From positions 116,178 through 136,177 of the forward strand of contig JADIIX010000060.1 of the NCBI GenBank assembly GCA_027604505.1: 20,000 nt of DNA. The letters are read 5' to 3'. The notes beneath the pieces were generated by a model. It was not told the origin of the DNA. It did no database searches and saw nothing but the letters and a program-made list of their open reading frames with translations. The stretch's first letter is position 1. The number at the start of each line of letters is the position of its first letter. Shown here in pieces: positions 10,228 through 20,000 of this stretch. The translations under genes and the position numbers were made by a program. The DNA comes from Gonapodya sp. JEL0774 (Eukaryota).

Positions 10228-13200
10228 CTACTTCCATACCCGACGGAATGTCTATATTCATTTGGGTGAGTTTTGGTACCATTGGCTTAGTGTATATCGT
10301 ATATGGAGGGGGTTATGGATGCATTTGTTTGTGAGAGCGATGGGGATACAAGAAAGTTTAGACGCACCTCCCCTCCCCTCTTTAACCATCCCGATCCGCC
10401 CAACCTAGTCTTCGCTTCCTGTAACCCCATCCCGAGCAAGTCCCCAAGTCTGTACTCCGCCAGTAGCGCCTGCGCAGATATAGAGTTGAACAGACCCAGC
10501 ATGTGGAGAAAGCGTTCTTGCTGTATTTTGGGAGGTTGGTAGCAGGTGGTACCACAGAAACGGGTGGAGTATGTACGTAGAAGCGTTTACGTTTGCGATG
10601 AGTGGAAAGAGATGCAAGACGGGGTGAGAGTGAGTTTGATCCATAGATCAACCGATCACAGCGTACCGCACGAGGGTCCTCTTTGAGAAACACCTTGGCT
10701 TCCCACGCTTCTTTGCTATGCCACGGCGTCGACAGAGATAGATCCGAAGCCACATCCACTTTTTTTCTCCCCAAGTCCACTCTTACAGCGCCACGTCGCA
10801 AATTCTTGGTTGCGTGCGAGTCGTCAACCGAGGTTGAGGTCATTGCGGTCGAGAGGCGAGCCTCTACTTGAAGACCAGCAATTTCCCCAGCGTACCTTGA
10901 ATAATCGTAGGATTTCAAATGTGAAGTCGTGAATCCAACCAAAAGTCAAACAGTTGTTCTCTCGAGATTTTTCAACACAAGAAAGGAAAAAATTATGAAC
11001 AGTTCGAGCGTATTCCTGATGCTTACAATTTGCACTGCCACTCCACTGCAATTCAAAGAAACACTGTGTGAGATGGTTTTGTTGTGATGTTGTTCCATCT
11101 CCGACTCTCGATGATCTTCAAACCGAAGGCAGCCCACATATCCCCACTAACTCAATCAACTAACCTGCCCCACCATCCACTCTGCGCTACTGAGGCGGAG
11201 AACACCACCCTCACGTCTAACGCCACGCCAGAATTTTTCCTAGCAAGCCGGGAACAATGGAGTGCAAGAGTACAGGAAAGCAGGTTCGTCAGGGCTCGTT
11301 GTATCGGTGGAGTGAACGAATAAGGAGTGACATCCGGAAGCGGGAGAAGGCTTGGGTTGTGTTGGTTGGTCGACGAGTCCTTTGTACAGAACAATTCCAC
11401 CACTACAACGAGTGTTACTCACCTGTCCTCCATACCCACTCCATCCGTTCCTCCCGTACACCCAGAATAATCTTCAAGTACCACCCAAACCCTTTCGTAG
11501 CGCCACGCCATGTTAAGAATTGAACTTTTCAATTCTCTAGCACCGTCCAGAACCCTGCAAATGGAATCGTGGGTGGTGCTTTGTGACAGCAGGTGCAGTG
11601 GATAGTAGATCACCGCGGTGCGTTCGTCAATGACCAAGTCAGCGTCGGGAATAGTTCGTATGGTGTGCAATTCTGTAGTGATTCTTGGGATCGCTGCCCC
11701 GTAGTCTCTCTCAACAATCCTGACGGTGAACACATTCTCTAACGCGCGAGCAAGTGGAAGGTTTTGAATTAAACGTGAGCTAGCGATGTAAGTGAGTGGT
11801 CGTCGAGAAACTTTGGTGATAGTTGTTGTGAGATGACCTGCGGGAACGGGACTTAAGGGGAATGGAATGTGATCGGTGCTGAGGAGAAGCTTGGAATGAT
11901 CAGTGTCGCAATGCACATGTTCCTTTGTGATTGCGACTGTCTTCCCTTCCCCGTTTGCAGGATGTTGCGTAATGCCCTCATCGATCCGCGATATTGCCTC
12001 TATGTCAACTGTGCTGTCCTTTTCACTGATCTCATCACTACGTATGAGTACTAATTTGCAAGAATTCAGGAGTTTTGAAAATACAAAGTGATCTGGTGAG
12101 AGGTTGGGGGGTGTGTAATCCAGCAGGTGAGACTCTCACGTAATGCCTTTGCGACGGCTCTCCCATTATCTTTCACTGCATCCCCAAATTTCCCCACTGG
12201 TGGGTTCAGCTGTACTTCTTCACTCTCAAGAAAGCATCCTCCATCAGCATTAGTGTCTGGTGGACGCTTCCGTAATTCCATAAACATACGAACCCGGGCC
12301 AGGGCCCCAACACCACGGCCAGCTATCCTAGAGGCCACCTGACGTTTTTCGGTACCGTCATATGAGTTTTCTTTCAATCTTTTCGCCACTGGCATATATT
12401 GATGCACACTGACATCGATCACCCCGAATACCGGATGTGATCTCACAATTACCTCGGAAGGTGGGGTCATGAGCTTTCGCTTAAGTGGGAGAATCACGGG
12501 CGTAGATGGATCCGAAAGAGGTCCACTTGGTACTGGTGTTTCTTCAGCGGATGGAGAATTCCTGTCACTTCTATCCATTACAACTGACTGGACCGTTGGA
12601 GATTTGGAGGGCGAATTCTGTTGGCGCAGGTGGCATTTGCCGGCATCAAGAACATAGTCGTGCAATCTGCGACGAGAGTCTTCTGCCTCGTCGATTGGTT
12701 GGGGATCGGCGATGGCATTCCAGAAGTCTGCATCGTCCATGTCGTCCATGTCTGCACGATCAACACTGCTGATCCATTCCATTCCATTTTGCATATCATT
12801 CACCAACTTCGCACGATTCTCCCAGTCTTTTATTTCCACTGACTCCCCCACTGCCTCTCCAGTTAGTTTTCCCCAGTTTGGTGGGACAAGCGGTTCCATC
12901 TGCTCCGTCCGACTCGTTCCAAATACAGGCGGCGCCGATCGGTCCTGCCTTAAACCTTTCCACATCCTCGACCTTTCGCGATACCCCATCACTTTTGCGC
13001 TCGTCCGTGATGGAGTGACGGGATGCGTGAGAGCCAGGTTCGGTGGTAGACGGGGAGACGATGGAGGTGCAGATTTTAATAAATTCGGTCGGCTACTGGG
13101 AGTTCCACGACGGACAGGAGTTTCCTCTTTGAGCTGCAATGGTGTTGTTGATTGGTCTGATGACGGTCGTCGGACAAAAAGGGACTGGTGGGATTTCTAG

Positions 13201-16023
13201 TGGCGATGCAGACAACTGCGTCCTGGACCCTCCCGTACAAATTTACTTACACCTCCTTGTGCCAGACGGTCCGTCCACTTCTTCCACGTCTTCACCCTTT
13301 TCGGCCTCCACGAACTCCTGCACGAATTTTTTCGTTATGGGTTCCCAACTCCAAAATTCCTCTTCGGCCTTCACCACGGTTGTTCTTCGTGCAATCATCT
13401 TCTTACTGTTTCTCTGACTCGCAATAGGGAAGTAGACGCGGCGTGCCGCCTCGACAGGGTTCCACAGCACACCCGCCAACTTTTCTAAGTTCGCGGCTGG
13501 GAGCTTGTCGGTTTTAACGAGTACGCGGTTTCGGAAGGGACTGTGACCAAGATGAAACGGAGAAGAGAGAACAGGAACTGGCAATGAAGAGTGAATTTTT
13601 GTGTGGTAAAGGTGACGACAAAACTATATCGAACGAGGAGCTTACCACGACATCTCATCCAACCTTTCGCATTCCAACTTTCAGTCGCGACCCGACGCAA
13701 CACCAGGTCTGGTGTGTCAAGTTTATCTGACACATTTGTTGTTAGAGGTTTATTACCGGACGAACGCTGTCCCTGTCCTTTGTACGACGAGAGGAGTTCG
13801 AGATCTTCGCGAAAAGCCTCCACCACCCCTTTTTCGTCGGGATTTGGGTAGCTTGGCGGTAGGCAAAGCGTAGGTGTTTGAAACCTTGGAAACCTAGAGC
13901 AAATTTTGCAGGACACCAAGGTGGCATAATAATGTTGGGCTAAACAAAGTGACTTGTGTTGACATACCCTTCCGGGTCGGATGGAAAGCCAGCGACTAAA
14001 TAGGGTGTGATTGGAGGTAAAACCGCTGAAGCACGTGAAAGTAAGGGTTGATCTTGAATAGGACACAAACGGGTTATTGGTGATCATACCCCGGTGCAAA
14101 TGCTACCACGTACATTCATTGCCCCACTGCTCCCAAACGGGATCAACAGCTTCATCGAGCCACCCATCTTCTCTCTTTTGGCAGTCGAGCCACCCATCTC
14201 CTCTCTTTTGGGAGAGCCACGCTGGTACAGGATCGTTTGTGCATTCACGATTGACTTGGGAAATCCAGTGGCGAGGAGGAATTTAACAGCGTCCGCGGAA
14301 AAAGTAATGAGTAAGTGAGCAAACAATTCAAGCCCCACAATCTGAGTCGCAACAATCTTACTGTACTCAAGTACGACCTCCAAGCCAGAACGCTTCCTCT
14401 CTGGTTTCTCATTATCATCTTGCCCCCAAAATTCTTCCCTAGGATCCCGTGGTAGAGCAAACAAAAGGCTGTGATGGACATCTGGGTCGGAAGTTGGTTC
14501 ACTATATGATGGATCTGGTAGGTACGAAGGGGCTTCAAGAATCGGAATGGGTGATGCCAGAGGCGGCAAACCAGGACTGGCTGGAGTCGGAGTGGGGGTG
14601 GGGGCCTCTGCGAAGGAAAAGGCCTGGGCGCTACGATCAATAAAGTTGAATGAATGAAAAGTGAGTGACTTCTACACAAACAATTCCCAAATCATGCGCT
14701 GTAATTTTAAGAGCATTTCTCGCCGAGTCTCAAAAACAACCAGAACCACTCGGAGAGATCTTACAGGATGCGCATGTAAATTTGCATCAACGGGCTCTCA
14801 TTCCGCAGATCAAACCTCAACATTTTTGTCGCATTTCTTGACACAGCTCGTTGACATCTCACCGAATCATTTCTGCGATGTCCGGTGCAATGAATAGCGC
14901 AGGCAGCGAAAGCGGATGAATTTGGTAACGGATAGACGGGGGGAAGACGATCTTGGGGATGCGTGATTCCAAATTGAAGTAGCCAATGGTAGTGAGAGCT
15001 GAAATCGATGACATGGGGAAACTAGGAAACCAGCGCAGGGACAACTTACCGGGTGCGCCACCCATGCCGCTAAAGTTGACGCATGTCCGGTTTCAATCAC
15101 AGCTCCTGAATCGATCCAGGGACCTAAGGATGGGAGGACTGGAGACCCGGAAGAAATGGTGGGGTTTGAGACATCATTGTGTAGGCGTTTTGTCATTATC
15201 AGATTCGATGCTCGTACACGGTGGGAGATATCCCGTCTGGGTGTTCAGGCACGACAATCCCTTGCAATTTGGTCTCTTCTGGGGAAGCTCACCTCCGGTT
15301 CTCAAGACCATTTGAGACACCTCAAGCTCACTGAGAGGCTGTGGAATTGCCGCAATCAACCGAATGCGTGGATCAGCATGCGAGCGGACCGAGGGGAATG
15401 CATCTTGTCGAGCGAAGTTGGTACGGGCCCGTGCAAAGAGTCCCTCATTCAGTCTGGGGAGCGAGTCAGTATCAGACGGGACCAAATGTGGGTCTCAAAC
15501 AGGCAGAAATAAAATGGATATTAGATTTTATATGGAAATGATGGTTGGCGAAGAGTTCAGCGATGCAAGGTTCCCGAATCGTTCATCCATTCACACGCAC
15601 TTTTCTTGGTAGCTTCGTCCAACGTGCTACGTATCATGTTATCAATGAACTCTGTAGAATACATAGTAGGGCAAATGCGAGGAAAAAACGAGCTGAATCA
15701 AGTATTCAAACGGTAACGGACATTCATGCCAATTGCCACTGACCTCTTCCTGGCCATCCTGTAGCAGCCACCGATCGTGCAAATTGCTCTGTCTGTAATC
15801 GACTTGAGTCTTCATTTTCGGTCACTACAATGCCCGACCATTGCTCGTCCTCATCCTCTGACTGCTTTGCTTTCTCAATTTCGTCAGGTATCACATCTCC
15901 CACTTCCTCGGGCCCACAAGGCTCTAAAGCTTTAGCCAGGTCACTGTGAGACTTCGGCAGCTCCCAGTCTGTGGGGAAGTCATCAGTGGCGAGGTCCATG
16001 GTGCTGGGCACGAATCCTGCCAT
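10228..16023 (-). CDS. Probable SHOC1/Zip2-like meiotic crossover protein (inactive XPF/ERCC4 domain plus HhH2); 5' exons uncertain, 14672-16023 could be a separate gene
   Basis: 3' exons (about 11880-11423, 11350-11165, 10895-10667, 10520-10368, 10251-10228) give YIASSRLIQ...IVERDY...DADLVIDERTAVIYYPL...RYERVWVVLE...YSFTPPIQRAL...VRVVFSASVAQSGWWGRYAGE...FLKEDPRAQERFLHMLGLFNSISAQALL...LGDLLGM. Long exon 12066-13139 has LARVRMFMELR. No ATG follows the acceptor near 14631, which favours a start at ATG 16023 (MAGFVPSTMD). Family call is from recalled motif similarity, not a search. Confidence 0.6.
14155..14220. repeat. 30-bp tandem duplication (2 copies plus a partial third)
   Basis: tcgagccacccatcttctctcttttggcag / tcgagccacccatctcctctcttttgggag / agccac; 2 mismatches, frame-preserving. 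Confidence 0.9.
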
Positions 16024-16132
16024 TGTTGCGATAGGCGTTAATGCACCCAAAGAGCAAGAGAAACGTTCTTTTCATTTTTCATTTTTCCGCTCAGAAAGAC
16101 AGCTACATAATAGGAATAAGATCATCCAAATT

Positions 16133-17673
16133 TTAATGCAACATGTCGGTAACAACTTTTCGCCCGAGAACCGTCCCCTTCTCTAGTTCCTCGAAGATGT
16201 GTGGGACGTCCGATAGCTTGCATGGAGATGTGACGGGGTTCACCTTTCCTTCGGAGACGAATTCAAGACATTTACGAGCATCCTTGATATGGGGGAATGA
16301 CAAGGTTTGAGATGCCCAAGTCTGACGCTGTGAGTGACAAGTATGACTTGTTCTCACCTCCACAGATCCTAGCTCACTGCCAAGAATATGCAAGTCTTTC
16401 AAAAGCAATATCATTGGTGATATGGAGATGTTCTTCTCGATGATGCCTTGACAATGTGACGGTCCATAATACATCGCGTCTGTTACATAGCAAGCAGGAA
16501 GAAGGAGGGCACTCACCAATCACGACGATTGTGCCCCCACCACGCATACACGCGATGGACCCCTCTACTGCACTCGCTGCAGTGGTTACAATGATATTTG
16601 CAGCGAGGCCACCATCCGTGAGCGCTACAACCTACAGAGACTGAACATCATTCCTTGTTCTCTTAGATGTAAATGGCTGAAGTTCCTTACCTGCTCAGCC
16701 ATCTTGTCTCCCGCAGTCTTTGCGTTAACTACAGCATCCGCACCGACACGAGTGGCTTCGGCCAGTTTGGTGTCGTCGATATCAATTGAGAGAACCTACA
16801 CACAGCAAAAATGCCTTGGAAGAATTGACTGGCTTTCCTGTCGCAGGCCAATGCTCACCTTGTATCCTTGGGCCTTCGCAACTTGAATTCCAATTAAACC
16901 TAACCCTCCTGCACCAGAAAACGCAATCCAAGACCCCTTGGGAGCCTTGGCACGTCGGACTGCGCCTGTGACAGTGACGCCTGCACAGCCACAAGGACCA
17001 GCTTTCTCGTAACCGACATTCTCTGGAATTGCAACAATGGTTTTGGGATTCGATATCATGTATTCAGCGCTGAGCGCGGCAGAACAGAAAATTGTGGAAA
17101 ACATCAGAAACTTCATGGCGAATGCATAAAAAGAATGACACTGAAAACTCACTAGGAGCCCCAGATATTTGCTGCGTGCATTTTGCGTTCGGTGCACTGA
17201 AGGTAGAGGTCTGACTCGCAAAAGTAGCAATTACCACACGATCCCGCATACATCGGGGCAGTGACCTAGATGCCGTGAGTTGGTTGGCCGAGTTTACGCA
17301 TGAAAACCTGTTGAGTTCGCATACTCACTCTGTCACCAATTTTCCAACCCTGAACAGCGCTTCCCAACTGCACGATCGTCCCAGCTCCCTCATGACCGAG
17401 AACATGTGGTAGACTCATGCCGGGGAATCCAGCTCGCGCTATAAATTCGTCAGTGTGGCACACTCCAGTTGCCTCAACTTTTATCAGCACGTCGTTCGGT
17501 CCGCAGGTGGGTACCGGCACGTCTTCGATGACCATAGGTTTGCCAATTTCTCGTAGAACGAGAGCTTTCATCATCTTGGGAACCAGACGATACAAGGAGA
17601 CACAAGGACCGAAGTGTTAGGTGCGGAGAGCATCAGCTTTTGGGTGATGCTGACATACCGTTGGGATCGTCAT
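16133..17673 (-). CDS. Zn-dependent medium-chain alcohol dehydrogenase, copy A, 8 exons
   Basis: Exons 17673-17659 (MTIPT), 17574-17329, 17265-17153, 17069-16859, 16795-16691, 16631-16517, 16446-16358, 16282-16133. Catalytic Zn motifs GVCHTD, GHEGAG, PCGCAGVT; structural Zn CGNCYFC-x7-C; Rossmann SGAGGLG; Asp in SIDID suggests NAD(H) preference. Confidence 0.95.
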
Positions 17674-18220
17674 TGCAGAATTTATAGGAGAGAGCCTGGC
17701 AAAAGTTGGAGCCCAGGAATGGATGATATATCGTGAGCAGATGCGGGATGATGGATCTCTTCAAGGACAGTATCGGCACAAATCTGCCGGTCTCCCGACA
17801 ACTATAATCCCAACACCTGTGGCATCATTCAGCAATAGTTTCATAGAGTTTGTAGATTCCAGTCCCTGCACGTATATGCGTGCTATTTTCGTTGTTCACA
17901 ATCATACCATGTGTCTTGCCGTTGGATGCCTCTGTGGGGGGCAACAGGTACCACACATATGTTGTGATCCGTCCAAGGACTATAATCGGCAATCCTGGTT
18001 GCGAAGTCCGGAGCTTCACGTGTTGGTAACCAGCAATCCAACACCGAATGGCTTGTTTGTGAGTGAGCCTTGCCAAATCAGGAGGTACTGGTTTCTTGTC
18101 GTTTTGTTTATGACTACGTTGATTGAAGTAATGGTCATACTTTGTAATGATGAAGCTCCTACGTACACATGACGGACATGCTTATGGATAATCAGAATTG
18201 AGAACAAAATGCGGCGACAT

Positions 18221-19737
18221 TTAATGCAACATATCGGTGACTACTTTTCGCCCGATAACCGTCCCCTTCTCAAGCTCCTCGAAGATATGTGATACGTCCG
18301 ATAACTTGCATGGGGACGTCACAGGGTCCACCTTCCCTTGCGAGACGAATTCAAGACATTTGCGGGCATCCTTGATATGGGGGAGAATGGCATATACAGA
18401 CTACGAGATATAGGAGAAAGAACTATCCTTGCTTACCTCGACGGACCCTAGCGTACTACCAACAATGCGGAGATCGTTAACCATTATCATCATGGCTGGA
18501 ATGGTAATGCTCTTCTCAATGATACCTGCGGAGACCACTTGTCTGATCACGCCCAAACGTGAACAAGCGGATGACAATGCTTACCAACGATGACAATGGA
18601 TCCTCCAGCGCGCATGCACATGATGGACGCTTCCACTGCACTCGGGGCAGTTGTGACGATGATGTTAGCCGCAAGCCCACCTTCAGTCAGAGCCATTACC
18701 TTGATGAAAAGGATAACATTAAGATCATCTGGTGTGCAATTCAGTCACAGCAGCCACCCACCTGCTCGGCGATCTTGGCTCCGGCAATTTTTGCATTCAC
18801 CACGGCATCTGCACCAACCCGAGAGGCTTCAGCGAGCTTACTGTCGTCAACGTCGATTGCGAGCACCTGTCCACAAATAGTTTCGTTGAGGTACTACGTA
18901 ATTTTTTATGCTCGTAACGATTGCCCACCTTATATCCTTCTGCCTTTGCAACTTGAACGCCAATTAACCCCAACCCTCCTGCACCAGAGAATCCGATCCA
19001 CGATCCCTTGGGAGCCTTTGCACGTCGAATTGCACCAGTGACAGTGACTCCTGCACAGCCACAAGGACCAGCTTTCTCATAGCCGACATTGTCCGGAATA
19101 GCAACGATGGTAGAGGGGTTCGATATCATGTATTCAGCGCTGAGCATGGGAGATGGAGTGATGAGAACGTCAGTTTACGGGCGACGAAACAAGAAATACA
19201 CAAACGTACTATGAGCCCCAGATATTTCCAGCGTGCATTTTGCGGACCGCGCACTGCAGTGGGAGATCTGTGGTACAATAATAGCAATCGCCACACGAGC
19301 CAGCATACATTGGAGCAGCCACCTGTTTCAATGGAGGAGCTTGTAAGATGACCTCGTTTGTGCACTGATGAACAACATCAATTCGGCTACTCACCCTGTC
19401 GCCCACTTTCCACCCCTTCACAGCACTTCCTACCTGTGCGATCGTACCAGCACCTTCATGCCCAAGAATGTGAGGCAAGGGCATGCCAGGGAATCCAATT
19501 CGAGCGAAAAATTCATCGGTGTGACACACCCCCGTCGCCTCAACTTTCACAAGAACGTCGTTGGGTCCGCAGGTGGGGACGGGGACTTCTTCGACGGCCA
19601 TAGGTTTGCCGATCTCGCGGAGCACGAGAGCTTTCATTGTCTGAGAGAATATATATGCAGTTGTAGACAGGGAGAGGAGTCAGGGACAGGAGTGATGTTG
19701 CTCTGGATTTGAGGGATCGTACCTGTGGGATCGTCAT
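18221..19737 (-). CDS. Zn-dependent medium-chain alcohol dehydrogenase, copy B, 8 exons
   Basis: Exons 19737-19723 (MTIPQ), 19640-19395, 19322-19210, 19139-18929, 18866-18762, 18699-18585, 18525-18437, 18370-18221. GVCHTD, GHEGAG, CGDCYYC-x7-C, PCGCAGVT, SGAGGLG, AIDVD; same intron positions and GRKVVTDMLH end as copy A. Confidence 0.95.
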
Positions 19738-20000
19738 TGCTCCAAAACGTTCTGGCAGATCTTCGAGTACCGGTAATCAAAGTGAAGGAAGTGAAGATAT
19801 ATGGGAGGGCCATGGGAGACCCGCAGATTCGGGCCAGGTCGAGCCGCCAGGGATAAGGAATACATTTGGCCGAGTCAGTCCATCAATGGCTCCCCCAGGT
19901 ACACACCGTTCACCAAACCTTTACTTAACCCTTTCCCCCCGCACTAATTGACCTCACTTAAGTGAGGGTTTTAGAAAATATTCCTGACGCCCAACCACAC

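Noticed and set aside
17681..17686. TATAAA on the minus strand upstream of ADH-A
   Set aside because: Only 7 nt from the ATG and not present at the same position in ADH-B.
17723..18207. ORFs between the two ADH copies (149 aa +, 83 aa -)
   Set aside because: No motifs or homology; better explained as ADH-B 3' UTR and ADH-A promoter.
16133..19737. Selenocysteine recoding or readthrough/PTS1 peroxisomal isoforms, both known in some fungi
   Set aside because: No in-frame TGA in spliced ADH, CRM1 or COX15; ADH stops are TAA, and no TGA-CTA readthrough context or SECIS-like element was recognised.
1..20000. CRISPR arrays, transposons, tRNA or rRNA genes
   Set aside because: No spaced repeats, terminal repeats, transposase/RT motifs or tRNA/rRNA signatures seen by eye.

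Overview
Intron-rich eukaryotic DNA, most consistent with an early-diverging fungus (inference from short GT-AG introns with degenerate donors and fungal-type proteins). Gene order: a partial Pro/Ser/His-rich minus-strand ORF at the left edge; exportin-1 CRM1/XPO1 (+, 18 exons); convergent heme A synthase COX15 (-, 7 exons); a large minus-strand gene whose C-terminus looks like a catalytically dead XPF/ERCC4-(HhH)2 module of the meiotic SHOC1/Zip2 family; and two tandem Zn-dependent alcohol dehydrogenase paralogues (-, 8 exons each, identical intron positions). I cannot support a wholly new system. Best leads: a remodelled CRM1 NES-binding groove (Thr at the leptomycin B Cys, Leu to Asn in KLFEF, a new Cys nearby), the cryptic SHOC1/Zip2-like gene, two oversized G-run/hairpin-rich CRM1 introns, a terminal CRM1 intron that toggles the acidic tail, and frequent AAG 3' splice sites. 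All exon models were traced by hand.
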